NCBI GenBank assembly: GCA_038998335.1
Contig: JAVZHQ010000001.1
Location: 448,001-512,000 of the forward strand
Origin: Candidatus Aenigmatarchaeota archaeon
Lineage (GTDB): Archaea > Aenigmatarchaeota > Aenigmatarchaeia > CG10238-14 > SCSR01
DNA length: 64,000 nt
Reading direction: 5' to 3'
In this document: piece after piece, positions 18,522-28,992 of the stretch
How positions within the stretch are numbered: position 1 is the stretch's first letter
Layout: every line of letters begins with the position of its first letter
Notes under the pieces: generated by a model
Told to the model about the DNA's origin: nothing
Databases searched by the model: none
What the model saw: only the letters and a program-made list of their open reading frames with translations
Translations under genes and position numbers: made by a program

Positions 18522-19682
18522 ATGCAGATTGGTTTAGTTGGCAAGCCATCTAGCGGAAAATCAACCTTTTTTAAAGCAGCAACTTTGATAGATGTGAAAA
18601 TAACAGGAATACCCTTTTGCACTATAAAGCCTAATGTTGGAATAGGATATGTTATTATTGATTGCGTTTGTAAAGAGTTTGGTGTTAAGTGTAAGCCTAA
18701 AGCTGGTTTTTGCAAGAATGGGAAAAGGTTTGTTCCTGTTAAGCTAATAGACGTTGCAGGCTTAGTTCCAGGGGCTCATGAAGGTAGAGGCCTAGGAAAT
18801 CAATTCTTAGACGACTTAAGGCAGGCTTCGGTTTTGATTCATATAGTTGATTTTTCTGGTTTAAGAGATGAAGAAGGAAGGCCAACTTCTGGCTATGATC
18901 CTTCTCGCGACATAGAATTTTTGGAAGAGGAAATTGACTTATGGTTTGCAAGTGTTATAGAAAAAGCAATTAAAAAGTTTGAAAGAAGTTTAATAGGAAA
19001 GACAAAAGCAGATTTGATTGAAATCTTAACTCAGCAGCTTAGCGGTTTGGAAATTTCAAGAGAGCATGTTGAAAAAGCCTTGGAAAAAGCTTCGCTAGCT
19101 GACATAAAAAATTTTGCTAGAATTTTAAGACAAATTTCTAAACCAATTTTAATAGCTGCAAACAAGATAGATTTGAAAGAAGCGAAAGAAAATTTTGAAA
19201 GGTTGAAAGAGAAATATCCTAATGTAATTCCAACAAGCGCAGAGGCAGAAGTTGCTTTAAAGAAAGCTGCAGAAAAAAACTTGATAGATTACTTACCTGG
19301 GAATGGCTTTGAAATTGTTGATAGAAGTAAGCTTGATGAGAAACAGATAAAAGTTTTGGAGATGATAAAAAAAGAGATAGTAGAAAAGTATGGTTCCACT
19401 GGAGTGCAAACTTGCTTAAACAAAGCTGTTTTTGAGTTGTTGAATTACATAGCAGTTTATCCTGTTGCTGACAGCAAAAAGCTAAGTGATAATGAAGGTA
19501 ATGTCTTGCCGGATGTTTTTCTTGTTCCAAAAGGAATAACTCTTAAAGAGTTTGCTTTCAAAATCCATACAGAAATTGGGGAAAAGTTTATTTGTGGTAT
19601 AGACGCAAGAACAAAGAAAAAGCTTTCTGCTGATTATCAGCTTAAGGATAAGGATGTTGTAGAAATTGCCTTTGCTAAGTAG
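18522..19682 (+). CDS. ychF: YchF/Obg-family ATPase/GTPase with TGS domain
   Basis: GKPSSGKST, PFCTIKPN, DVAGLVPGAHEGRGLGNQFL, ANKID, C-terminal TGS. Confidence 0.93.
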   Translation: MQIGLVGKPSSGKSTFFKAATLIDVKITGIPFCTIKPNVGIGYVIIDCVCKEFGVKCKPKAGFCKNGKRFVPVKLIDVAGLVPGAHEGRGLGNQFLDDLRQASVLIHIVDFSGLRDEEGRPTSGYDPSRDIEFLEEEIDLWFASVIEKAIKKFERSLIGKTKADLIEILTQQLSGLEISREHVEKALEKASLADIKNFARILRQISKPILIAANKIDLKEAKENFERLKEKYPNVIPTSAEAEVALKKAAEKNLIDYLPGNGFEIVDRSKLDEKQIKVLEMIKKEIVEKYGSTGVQTCLNKAVFELLNYIAVYPVADSKKLSDNEGNVLPDVFLVPKGITLKEFAFKIHTEIGEKFICGIDARTKKKLSADYQLKDKDVVEIAFAK

Positions 19683-21297
19683 TTTGGGTTATGTTCATTA
19701 TTTTTTTCAAAATTTCTGTGAACAAACCTGTAATTGTAACGCGTGGCTCAGAAGTGTAACAATAGGAAGTTTTTTTAACCTTGTTTATTTCTAAATAGAT
19801 TGTGTAATATTCATTTCTCTTTAGAGGAGATGATAAAGTAAAGTTAAGGATTTTAACCTCTCTTTTCCTAGCTCCTTCAAAGGAAGAGCTTGCAGAAATA
19901 CTGGTTGTTTTGTACCCATAGCTATTGTATTCTTCCCAGCCTTGAAAAGTTCCATCTTCAAAATTGTAAATTGTTTTGCTTCCGTCTCTTTCTACCTCAA
20001 TATAATCAATAGCAGCATCCCAGTCATTATTTCCGTCCAAAGCAGAGTAAACTCCTATTCCTATCTTATGAGTGCCATTAAGTTCGAGCGTATATTCGTA
20101 CCATTTTCCTTTTTCAGCCTCGCGGAAATCCAAAACTTTTCTTCTTGTATCGTCTAACCAATAAGAAAGGTATCTAAACCCGTAGCAGCAAGCATCTTCG
20201 TCTACCATCCATCTCCACTTTATTTTTCCTCTGTTACCAAAGTCTATTGTTTGGTATATGTAATTTTCTTCGCCACCCCAATTATCATTCTCTGGGTTAA
20301 CGAAAACAGAATAAGAGCCGTTAAAAGCATAGGAAGAAGTGATGTATATGTCACCACTCGTGCCGTAAGTTGAGTATTTTAACGTTAAATTGGCTGCACC
20401 ACCAGGCATGTTTTTAAGCGCTTCTATTGCAATTTTTACTTCGTTAGAATTGAAGTCGCAGTAGGATTCGATTATCTCGAAGTTTGGAAGCCAGGTTACT
20501 TTTTCTAAGGGAACAGGAAGCTTTATTTGTGTTTCGTCAACATCAAACGCTAAGCTTTTTGCTTCATATTCACCCTTAAGACCTGAGACATAAGAATAAC
20601 TACCATAAGAAGAATTGCTCACCATTTCAAAAGAGTAATATAAAGGAAAGCCTGTTTCTTCGTCATAACAGCAATAAATTGTATAGTTTGCATTCGTGTA
20701 GCTATATAAAAATTCTGGTTGGTATTCTTGTAAAAGCTTGTTTAAATCGATTTTAAACTTGAAATAATCGCATTTTCTATTGATAAACTCTCTTTTTTCA
20801 AGGTAAGAGGCGGTAGCAATTTTTTTCTCCAGCAACTCTTTCAAATTCTTAATTTGATGACCAACATCTAAAGGATATGCTATCATCTTGAGCGGGTCGA
20901 ACTCCTCACAAGAATAGGTTGGGTTTATTATAGAAGTTTTTGTACATGCAATACTACCTTCAGGTATAGAATACATTTCTAGTTCATATTTGCCATAATA
21001 ATTAGCAAGTTCTGAAGAAGAAAAATAAAGGTATGGCGAACTTTCGATCTTTATTAAACTTTTATGGTTTCCGTTAGCGTAAATGAAATCTAAACTTCCG
21101 GAAGTTGTTCTCTCTAAACTTCCAGAGTAATAAGTAAGCGAAAGGGAGTAAGAAATTCCTATCTCATTAACTTTTTCTATTTTTTCAAAAATTTTGGTTA
21201 GCAAATCAGAAGTGTTAACAGGAGTAAAAAGAAAGTAAAACGTTATGCCTGCTAATATCCCCACAACTATTAAAAAAACCAAGAGTACCTTTTCCAT
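19675..21297 (-). CDS. Membrane-anchored extracellular protein
   Basis: N-terminal signal anchor; Ser/Tyr-rich beta segments; possible jelly-roll module (YNFEDGTFQGW). Confidence 0.72.
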   Translation of the reverse strand: MEKVLLVFLIVVGILAGITFYFLFTPVNTSDLLTKIFEKIEKVNEIGISYSLSLTYYSGSLERTTSGSLDFIYANGNHKSLIKIESSPYLYFSSSELANYYGKYELEMYSIPEGSIACTKTSIINPTYSCEEFDPLKMIAYPLDVGHQIKNLKELLEKKIATASYLEKREFINRKCDYFKFKIDLNKLLQEYQPEFLYSYTNANYTIYCCYDEETGFPLYYSFEMVSNSSYGSYSYVSGLKGEYEAKSLAFDVDETQIKLPVPLEKVTWLPNFEIIESYCDFNSNEVKIAIEALKNMPGGAANLTLKYSTYGTSGDIYITSSYAFNGSYSVFVNPENDNWGGEENYIYQTIDFGNRGKIKWRWMVDEDACCYGFRYLSYWLDDTRRKVLDFREAEKGKWYEYTLELNGTHKIGIGVYSALDGNNDWDAAIDYIEVERDGSKTIYNFEDGTFQGWEEYNSYGYKTTSISASSSFEGARKREVKILNFTLSSPLKRNEYYTIYLEINKVKKTSYCYTSEPRVTITGLFTEILKKIMNITQTT

Positions 21298-21328
21298 AGT
21301 TTATTTTTGATTTTTTATAAATAAAAAA

Positions 21329-21772
21329 TTAAACAACCCTAAAATCTTCTTTAATAGTTGTCAAAACTACATGAGTGTTTGTTCTTTCAACGTTTGGCAT
21401 TGCTAGCAAGCTCTTAACAAAGTCGCTAAGCTCTTGCCTTTTCTTAAACTTGGCTATTATCAAGGCATCTGTCAAACCAGTAATGTCATAGACTGCGCAT
21501 ACATTAGAAAATTTTGCTATTTCCTTTTCAACTTCCAAAAGCTTGCCTTTTGAAACTGTTATTTCTATTATTGCTGTAAGCTCATAACCAATTTTTTCAT
21601 GATCCAAAAGAACTGAATAGCCTTTAATTATCTTCTCGCTTTCTAGAATTTTTACTCGATTTATAATTGTCCCTACGGATAAACCTAAATGCCTTGCTAT
21701 TTCTCTGAAGGAAAGTCTTGAGTTTGAAAGCAAAAGCTTAATTATTTTAACGTCTGTTTTGTCTAGCTCCAT
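21329..21772 (-). CDS. Lrp/AsnC-family transcription regulator
   Basis: LDKTD.KI...L..NSRLSFREIA..LGLS HTH; VYDITG RAM domain; GGTGA SD upstream of ATG 21772. Confidence 0.92.
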   Translation of the reverse strand: MELDKTDVKIIKLLLSNSRLSFREIARHLGLSVGTIINRVKILESEKIIKGYSVLLDHEKIGYELTAIIEITVSKGKLLEVEKEIAKFSNVCAVYDITGLTDALIIAKFKKRQELSDFVKSLLAMPNVERTNTHVVLTTIKEDFRVV

Positions 21773-21787
21773 TTTTTTATTCACCTT

Positions 21788-21834
21788 TTGAATATTTGTT
21801 AATCAAATATAAAAATTTTTGGATTTTTGTTCAA
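21788..21834. promoter_or_regulatory. Putative Lrp-type operator pair in the divergent lrp/glnA promoter
   Basis: Imperfect palindromes TTGAATATTTGTTAA and TTGGATTTTTGTTCAA, about 31 bp apart. Confidence 0.3.
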
Positions 21835-21879
21835 ATTTTTAAGTTAAAACTTATATATTTGTAGTGAGAAAAAAGTAAC

Positions 21880-23250
21880 GTGAAAGAAGAAATTGTAACA
21901 GAAGAGGATATAGTTAAGAAGGTTAAAAGAGAAAAGATCGAAAGAGTTCATTTTCAATTTGTTGATATAGTTGGTAATTTGAAAAGCGTGAGCGTGCCAA
22001 CAAAAACAAAAGAAAACCTGGAAAATTTTAAGGAATATGTAGAAAATGGTTTGGGCTTTGATGGCTCTTCTGTTGAAGGTTTTGTAAGAATTGCAGAAAG
22101 CGATCTAGTTTTAAAGCCGCATATCTCAACTTTCAAAATTTTTCCTTGGAGAATCAACGAAATTAAAGAGGCAAGATTTTTGTGCGAAGTTTTGAGGCCT
22201 GGAGGATTTCCTTTTGAGGGCGACCCGATTTATGTTTTAAAAAATTGTGAGAAAAGACTTGAAGAAAAACTTGGAAAAGGAACAACTCCTAACTTTGCTT
22301 CAGAGATAGAGTTTTTTCTTTTTGAAATGAAAGATGATATTGCAGCCACTCCCCTAAAAACTGACAGGTATGGCTATTTTGATTACGCTCCTCTTCACAA
22401 AACAACTTTAGCGTTAAATAAAGCCATAAACTACATGGAAAACCTAGGCGTGAATGTTGTTAAGGAGCATCATGAAGTTTCTCAAGGACAATATGAAATA
22501 AACTACAAGCATAAACCTGCTTTAGAAGCGGCTATAGATTTTATAAATTACAAGCTTTGCGTCAAGGTTGCAAGTTATGAAAATGAGTTGTTTGCAAGTT
22601 TTATGCCAAAGCCAATTTACGGAATGAACGGCTCAGGAGCCCATACTCATCAAAGCATAATGAGGAATGGAGAAAACCTTTTCTTTGATGAAAAAGATAG
22701 TTATCATCTTTCTGATTTAGCAAGACACTTTCTTGCCGGACAGCTTAAATGTGTAAAAGAAATAGTTGGAATAACTAACCCTACTGTTAATTCTTATAAA
22801 AGACTAGTGGTTGGTTATGAGGCTCCTGTTTATATTTGCTGGGGAAGTAGAAACAGGTCAGCTTTAATAAGAAAACCAGAATATTTTCCTGGAAAGGAGA
22901 AAGAAACTAGACTAGAAGCAAGATGGCCTGACCCTTCGATGAACCCTTTTCTTGGCTATGCGGTAATGCTTGAAGCTGGTTTGTATGGAATAGAAAAAAA
23001 GCTCGAACCTCCTGACCCTGTGGAAGAAGATGTCTATCATTTTGATGATTCTAAACTCAAGAAATTTTATATAGAAACTTTGCCTCAATCCTTAGGAGAG
23101 GCAATGGAGCTAACGAGAAAAAGCAAAATAGTAGAAAAAGCTTTAGGTAGGTTTGTGAAAGAGAAGGTATATGAAATACTTAAAGCTCAGTGGGATAATT
23201 ACAGAAAACAAGTTCATCCTTGGGAATTGGAGAAATACCTAGCTCTTTAA
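21880..23250 (+). CDS. glnA: Glutamine synthetase type I
   Basis: FDGSS, EIEFFLF, HHEV..GQYEI, FMPKP..G.NGSGAHTHQS, NSYKRLV.GYEAP, NRSALIR. Confidence 0.96.
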   Translation: MKEEIVTEEDIVKKVKREKIERVHFQFVDIVGNLKSVSVPTKTKENLENFKEYVENGLGFDGSSVEGFVRIAESDLVLKPHISTFKIFPWRINEIKEARFLCEVLRPGGFPFEGDPIYVLKNCEKRLEEKLGKGTTPNFASEIEFFLFEMKDDIAATPLKTDRYGYFDYAPLHKTTLALNKAINYMENLGVNVVKEHHEVSQGQYEINYKHKPALEAAIDFINYKLCVKVASYENELFASFMPKPIYGMNGSGAHTHQSIMRNGENLFFDEKDSYHLSDLARHFLAGQLKCVKEIVGITNPTVNSYKRLVVGYEAPVYICWGSRNRSALIRKPEYFPGKEKETRLEARWPDPSMNPFLGYAVMLEAGLYGIEKKLEPPDPVEEDVYHFDDSKLKKFYIETLPQSLGEAMELTRKSKIVEKALGRFVKEKVYEILKAQWDNYRKQVHPWELEKYLAL

Positions 23251-23302
23251 AAGGCAAAAATTAATAAAAGAGTTTGCAATATTTATTAGGAAAGGTGAAC
23301 GC

Positions 23303-24628
23303 TTGTATTCTAAGGAAATAGAGTCACTACTTAAAAGTAAAAAAATTGAAGTTGGAGATAGAATAGTTGTTTCCAAAAAAGGAAAAAAGTATGAAGGAAT
23401 TCTAATGCCAAGAATAGAGCTTGGCAATACTTCTTGCTTAATTCTCAAGTTGGATAACGGATACAATATTGGAATCAAGCTTGAGAAAGGAATAAAGGTA
23501 AAGAAAGTGAAGAAGGAGTGGAGGCTTGAGGAGCCAAGAGTAGAAAAAGAAAAAGTTTTAATATTTGACAAAAAGCTTCCTTTGATTTCTATTCTTGGAA
23601 CAGGAGGAACTATTGCAAGCAGAGTAGATTATAGAACTGGAGGAGTCTATGCTTCTTTTTCTCCTCGCGATATAGTAGCACAAATTCCTGAGTTAAAAGA
23701 AATTGCAAACATAAAAGTTGAGCAAGTTATGAACATAATGAGCGAAGATATTACTCCAGAAAAATGGGTAGAAATAGCAAAAGCTGTTGCAAAAGAAATT
23801 AACTCTGGCTCAAAAGGAGTAATAGTTACTCACGGCACAGATACTTTGCATTATACTTCTGCTGCTCTAAGCTTTATGCTGAAAGATTTGCCTTGCCCTG
23901 TAGCTTTAGTTGGGTCGCAAAGGTCTAGCGATAGGCCAAGTAGTGATGCTGTAATGAATGTGAGCTGTGCAGCAAACTTTGTAGCAAATTCTGATGTAGC
24001 TGAGGTTTGCATAGTAATGCATGGCAGTATAAATGATGATTATTGCTTTGCCATAAGGGGAACAAGAGCAAGAAAGATGCATGCTAGTAGAAGAGATGCT
24101 TTTAAGGCAATTAACGAATTACCAATAGCAAAAATTTACTGGGAAAACAGAAAAATTGAAATTTTGAACCAAAATTACAGGAAAAGAAGCGAGAAAAAAG
24201 TAAAGGTTGATGAAAAGATTGAGAGAAAAGTTGCTTTGATTAAGTGTTATCCTGGTCTTAACCCTGAAATTTTTGATTTCTACTTAGAAAAAGGCTATAA
24301 GGGTTTTGTTGTAGAAGCAACAGGCTTGGGACATGTCCCTACTTTAGGAGAAAATTCTTTATTACCAAAAATTGAAAAAGCTGTAAGCCTAGGAATTCCT
24401 GTTGTTGTAGCTTCGCAATGCTTGTACGGAAGAACTCATCCAACAATTTACCATAATTTAAGGGAGCTTTTGAAAAGAGGGGCAATTTTTGCAAGCGACA
24501 TGCTTCCTGAAGTTGCTTACGTTAAGCTGATGTTTGTTTTGGGGCATGAAAAGAAAATGGAAAAAATAAAAGAGCTCATGCTTTCTAATTTAGCTGGCGA
24601 AATCTCGGAGAGAATTGAGTATGAGTGA
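23303..24628 (+). CDS. gatD: Glu-tRNA(Gln) amidotransferase subunit D
   Basis: KLDNGYNIG, TGGTIASRVDYRTG, HGTDT, GSQRSSDRPSSD. Confidence 0.96.
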   Translation: MYSKEIESLLKSKKIEVGDRIVVSKKGKKYEGILMPRIELGNTSCLILKLDNGYNIGIKLEKGIKVKKVKKEWRLEEPRVEKEKVLIFDKKLPLISILGTGGTIASRVDYRTGGVYASFSPRDIVAQIPELKEIANIKVEQVMNIMSEDITPEKWVEIAKAVAKEINSGSKGVIVTHGTDTLHYTSAALSFMLKDLPCPVALVGSQRSSDRPSSDAVMNVSCAANFVANSDVAEVCIVMHGSINDDYCFAIRGTRARKMHASRRDAFKAINELPIAKIYWENRKIEILNQNYRKRSEKKVKVDEKIERKVALIKCYPGLNPEIFDFYLEKGYKGFVVEATGLGHVPTLGENSLLPKIEKAVSLGIPVVVASQCLYGRTHPTIYHNLRELLKRGAIFASDMLPEVAYVKLMFVLGHEKKMEKIKELMLSNLAGEISERIEYE

Positions 24629-26084
24629 AGGAATAAATTATAAAAAAATTGGTTTGAAGGCTGGTTTGGAAATTCATGTTCAGCTTAACACTAAGCATAA
24701 GCTTTTTTGCAATTGCTCGACTGAGATGAAAGAAAAGGAGCCTGTAGCAATAATTAAAAGAAAGCAGCATCCTGTTCAAAGCGAGCTAGGAGAAGTTGAT
24801 GTAGCTGCTCAGTATGAATACTTGAGAAACAGAACTTTCTATTACCAGGTTTTTAGGAATGAAGTTTGCTTAATCGATTTGGATGAAGAACCGCCTTTAC
24901 CTTTGAACCAAGAAGCCTTAGAAATTGCCTTACAAATTGCTTTACTCTTGAATTGTTCTATTCCAGAAGAAATTCATGTCATGAGGAAAACTGTTATAGA
25001 CGGCTCAACCCCAATGGGCTTTCAGAGAACTGCAATAATTGGAAAAGATGGTTTTCTCAAGTATAAGGGAAAGAAAATTGAGATAAAGCATGTTTGTTTG
25101 GAAGAAGATGCGGCAGCGATAGTTAAGGAAGAAGATGGTAATGTAACCTATAGGCTAAGCAGGCTTGGTATTCCTTTGGTTGAGATAAGTACAGGCTTAT
25201 TAGAAGGTTTTTCTCCTGAGGAAATCCAGGAGATTGCTTATTTTATTGGGTTAACTTGCAAGTCAACAGGAAAAGTCAAGCGTGGAATAGGAACCATAAG
25301 GCAGGATTTGAACGTTAGCATAAAAAAAGGAAAAAGGGTTGAAATAAAAGGAGTGCAGGAGCTTGGTTTAATAGCAAAGGTTATCGAGCTAGAAGTAAAA
25401 AGGCAGCTAGAACTAATAGAAAAAGGACAAAAAATTGAAGAAGAAACAAGAGCTGCTTTGCCAGATGCTACAACAAAATTCTTAAGACCTTTACCAGGAG
25501 CTGCTCGCCTATACCCTGAAACAGACATTGCTCCGATAATAGTTTCGAAAGAGTTAATAGAAAAAATAAAGAAAAGTTTGCCTGAACCTTGGACAAAAAA
25601 ATTAGCAAGATTTAAAACAAAGCTTAAGCTTTCAGAAGATTTGGCAAAGCAAATAATAAGGTCTGATTATCTAGAAATTTTTGAAAAAATTGTTGAAAAG
25701 AAAAGAGTTGAACCTAGCATAGTAGCAAACACTTTTGTTTCCACTCTTAAAGATTTGGAGAAAAGGGAAAAGGTAAACGTTGAGAATTTAACTGAGAAGC
25801 ATTTCCTTGAAGTTTTTGACGCTTTAGCTAGAAAACAACTGATAAAAGAAGCTATTCCTCAAGTTCTAGCTTACTTAGCAAAAAACCCTGATAAAAGCGT
25901 AAGCTTTGCGGTAAAAGAGCTTGACTTAAAACCAATAAAAGTTAGCGAGCTAAAAGAAATAGCTAAAAGCATTGTTACAAAAGACATGCCTTTTGAAAAG
26001 GCTTTGGGCTTAGTGATGAGCAAAGTTAGAGGAAAAATAGAAGCAAAGGAAGTTATGAAAGTAGTAAAGAAGCTTCTAAAGTAA
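24621..26084 (+). CDS. gatE: Glu-tRNA(Gln) amidotransferase subunit E (short form)
   Basis: GLEIHVQL, MRKTVIDGS..GFQRT, RGIGTIRQDLNVSI, RPLPGAARLYPETD; overlaps gatD. Confidence 0.93.
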   Translation: MSEGINYKKIGLKAGLEIHVQLNTKHKLFCNCSTEMKEKEPVAIIKRKQHPVQSELGEVDVAAQYEYLRNRTFYYQVFRNEVCLIDLDEEPPLPLNQEALEIALQIALLLNCSIPEEIHVMRKTVIDGSTPMGFQRTAIIGKDGFLKYKGKKIEIKHVCLEEDAAAIVKEEDGNVTYRLSRLGIPLVEISTGLLEGFSPEEIQEIAYFIGLTCKSTGKVKRGIGTIRQDLNVSIKKGKRVEIKGVQELGLIAKVIELEVKRQLELIEKGQKIEEETRAALPDATTKFLRPLPGAARLYPETDIAPIIVSKELIEKIKKSLPEPWTKKLARFKTKLKLSEDLAKQIIRSDYLEIFEKIVEKKRVEPSIVANTFVSTLKDLEKREKVNVENLTEKHFLEVFDALARKQLIKEAIPQVLAYLAKNPDKSVSFAVKELDLKPIKVSELKEIAKSIVTKDMPFEKALGLVMSKVRGKIEAKEVMKVVKKLLK

Positions 26085-28469
26085 CTATTTTTTTCTCATT
26101 TTTTCAAGTCTTTCTTCAAGGTCTTTTATTTTTACCTGAATCTCTATAGTTTTTTTCTCAAAATCTTCCATCATTCTCTTAAAAGCTTCTTCTGGAATTT
26201 TTCTTTGGAAGTATTCTTTTTGAGTTACTTTTTGCATTTCTTCTATGTGCTCAAGCTCTTTCTTGTAATTTTCTATTTCTTTTTTAATTTTTTCTTCTTC
26301 TGAAACTTTTGCTCTCAAAAGTTTGTAGGCAAAGTAAAGCAAGATTGGAATAGGAATAAGAAAGCTCCACCAATAGCTTGAGAACATGTTTAGCTTAGAT
26401 TTTATCGTAAACATTTTTTCTAGCTCTCCTTGATTATTGTTAGAATCTTTTGCTGAGATTCTTGCAATAAACTGACCTTCTTCCTTAACTAGAAATTTGC
26501 AAGTATAATTCCCTTCTTCTGTTTCGCTCAAGGAAACCTGCTGGCCTTGAAAAGTTAAAAATACTGTAGCTCCTTCTACTGGCTTGTTATCAGAATAGAA
26601 AGCTCTAACAAGAAAACTTACAGTTTCGCCTGAAATAAGCTCAGTTTCTCTTGGGGAAAGAAGTTCAAGCATGATATTTGCTGGTTCAACAAGTATTGTA
26701 GCGAAAGATCCTCCTCTGTAGAGTTTACCTTTTTCTTCCTTTACAGCTTCACAAACGATATTCCAGCTTCCTATGGGGTCGCTAAACTTTATTTTATATT
26801 CTCCAGAATAGTTGCCAGAAGTTTGATTTAGTTTGATTGTTATACCATTAGGAAGGTTACAACTCACGACAGCATTAGTTTCTGAGGTATTTCCTCTTTT
26901 CACTTCAACCTCTATCTTAAGAGTATCTCCTCTTTTGTAAATTGAATCTTCTTGCGGAGATAGAAAGTTTAAGGAATAGTAGACTTCTGCCGGAGCTTTT
27001 ACTAAAACGAAAGTTTGGGCTTTTCCTACATTGCCAGAGGCATCGATAACTTCCACTGAAATTTTCCAACTTCCTTCAGGGTCGCCAAAGCTTATCGGAT
27101 ATTCATAATAAAACCTTCCGTAGCTGTCTGTATAGGTTTTAAAGTTTAACTTCCACTTGCCCAATTCTAGTGTTATGTAAACTTCAGCGTTTTGAACAGG
27201 AAGTCTTTCTTGAGTTAAAGCATTCCCGCTTATCAAAATTTTCTCACCTTTTATGTATTCTTTCTTGTCTGTTTGTAGAAAAACTGTAAGTTCTGAGACT
27301 TGCTTAACTTCTATCTCGCAAAAATCAGAGCTATCCTCCAAATCGCAAGAAGACCTTTCAGGTAAAGAAGAAGCGTAGCAGCTTACTTTAATTTTGTATT
27401 TTCCAGGGGTTAAAGGTGCAGAAATCGTCCTTGTTATAGTTTGAAGCGAGCATTGGTTAAAATCTTCGTTAAAATAGCACGCTTCTCTTGTTCCGTTTAT
27501 AAAAATTGCTTGAACGTCATAGCTGCTAGAAGCGTTTATTTGATAAGTTATTTGAAAGTTTGAACCAGCTATTACTTGAAGAGGACATTCTTTTATCTTA
27601 ACATAACATTTTGTACAAGTAGGCTGAATTGTTTCAATTGTTTCAGTTTTGGTAACCTTAACATAATCTTCTAAGAAAGAAGAATAGCCATTCCTATCAG
27701 AAACATTAATTTTTACTGTATAAGAGTTGCTTTCTGTTTCATCATAGTTTGCGGTTAAATCCCAAGTAGCTAAAAGAGCTTCGTCAGGAAGCAATTTTGA
27801 AAGGGTAGAGTTTACCCAGGAAGGGGAAGGAAGCGGAGAAGGTAACCAGTCTGGAAAGACTGACATTAAAGGGTTTAAATCGTAAGAAGTTCCTGAGTGA
27901 GTCGAATCTTTGATATTTTTAATCGTTGCGCTTACGTAAATAATTGCTTTTGGGTTAGTTGAATTGAGGATTACCTCCTTAGGTTGAATTTTTAGCTCGA
28001 CTATGTTGAGATTTGGGGCTAGAACAGAAAAATAAGTAGAGGCACTTCCTTCTATTCCTTGACGTTCTGCATAATAACATAGCCATTCATCTTTTCTGTC
28101 TTGGGGTGGTGTATCTAAAGTTGCGTTGAAGAAGAGAAGAACTGTAAATTGAGGAAAAGAGGTAGTCCATGACAAATTTATAGCTGAGATTTTTCCTTCG
28201 TAAGACTCGGTAGTTATCTGTGCCGAAAAAGAAGAACCAATCGAATTTTCATCAATATCGTAATATGGAGCGCTTGGGCAACCGCTTGGATTACATGGAG
28301 GGACATAAATTTTTATTGATTGGACCTTGGTATCTGGTGTGAAGGAAAAATTAAGTCTAAGGGTTGTGCCTGCATCTCCAGAGCTTGGAGTAACAGAAAA
28401 GGAAGCTGCAAAGGAAGAAGCTGGTAGAAAAATAAGAAAGAATAAAATTGAAAACAGCTTTTTCTTCAT
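26085..28469 (-). CDS. Large surface protein with Ig-like repeats, TM anchor and cytoplasmic coiled coil
   Basis: Signal peptide; repeated TDK..Y..GE and DP.GSW modules; C-terminal TM then EYFQRKI coiled coil. Confidence 0.8.
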   Translation of the reverse strand: MKKKLFSILFFLIFLPASSFAASFSVTPSSGDAGTTLRLNFSFTPDTKVQSIKIYVPPCNPSGCPSAPYYDIDENSIGSSFSAQITTESYEGKISAINLSWTTSFPQFTVLLFFNATLDTPPQDRKDEWLCYYAERQGIEGSASTYFSVLAPNLNIVELKIQPKEVILNSTNPKAIIYVSATIKNIKDSTHSGTSYDLNPLMSVFPDWLPSPLPSPSWVNSTLSKLLPDEALLATWDLTANYDETESNSYTVKINVSDRNGYSSFLEDYVKVTKTETIETIQPTCTKCYVKIKECPLQVIAGSNFQITYQINASSSYDVQAIFINGTREACYFNEDFNQCSLQTITRTISAPLTPGKYKIKVSCYASSLPERSSCDLEDSSDFCEIEVKQVSELTVFLQTDKKEYIKGEKILISGNALTQERLPVQNAEVYITLELGKWKLNFKTYTDSYGRFYYEYPISFGDPEGSWKISVEVIDASGNVGKAQTFVLVKAPAEVYYSLNFLSPQEDSIYKRGDTLKIEVEVKRGNTSETNAVVSCNLPNGITIKLNQTSGNYSGEYKIKFSDPIGSWNIVCEAVKEEKGKLYRGGSFATILVEPANIMLELLSPRETELISGETVSFLVRAFYSDNKPVEGATVFLTFQGQQVSLSETEEGNYTCKFLVKEEGQFIARISAKDSNNNQGELEKMFTIKSKLNMFSSYWWSFLIPIPILLYFAYKLLRAKVSEEEKIKKEIENYKKELEHIEEMQKVTQKEYFQRKIPEEAFKRMMEDFEKKTIEIQVKIKDLEERLEKMRKK

Positions 28470-28497
28470 AAATAATAATTTGTTAAAAGAAAAATTT

Positions 28498-28923
28498 CTA
28501 TTTTAGAGCAAATTTTCTCTCTTTCAAAACAATCTTTTTTGCTATTTCTACTTCTTTTGGAAACTCCTTTCCTCTTTTCAAAAAGTTTCTCTCAACTTTT
28601 TTTGCTTCAAAAGCTTCTACCAAATAATTTTCTATTTCTTTTTCGTTAAAAGGCTTACAAGAAAAAACATCTATGCTAGCAAAACCATAGCCAACAAAAG
28701 TGTGAATGCTTATGTGACTTTCAGCTATTAAAACAAAAGCAGAGATTCCTCCTTTATCAAAAGAGTTTGGATTGCCTTTGTGCAAAACAACTTGAGGAGT
28801 AGAAATCTTTCGCATTCCCATCAGTTCTGGAAGCTCGTCTAAGATTTTGTAAATAAAGTTTAGGTCAGAAAGCTTTTCTTCCTTGCAGCCGTATAAGTCT
28901 AAGGTTAAGTGCGGACCAAACAT
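28498..28923 (-). CDS. speD: S-adenosylmethionine decarboxylase proenzyme (pyruvoyl)
   Basis: GPHLTLDLYGC, LIAESHISIHT self-cleavage motif, DVFSC. Confidence 0.88.
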   Translation of the reverse strand: MFGPHLTLDLYGCKEEKLSDLNFIYKILDELPELMGMRKISTPQVVLHKGNPNSFDKGGISAFVLIAESHISIHTFVGYGFASIDVFSCKPFNEKEIENYLVEAFEAKKVERNFLKRGKEFPKEVEIAKKIVLKERKFALK

Positions 28924-28992
28924 TTCCTTTTGCCTAATGAAATAATTAGTATGCAACTTGTATTTAAACTTTTATGAAATTTTTTTCATATT

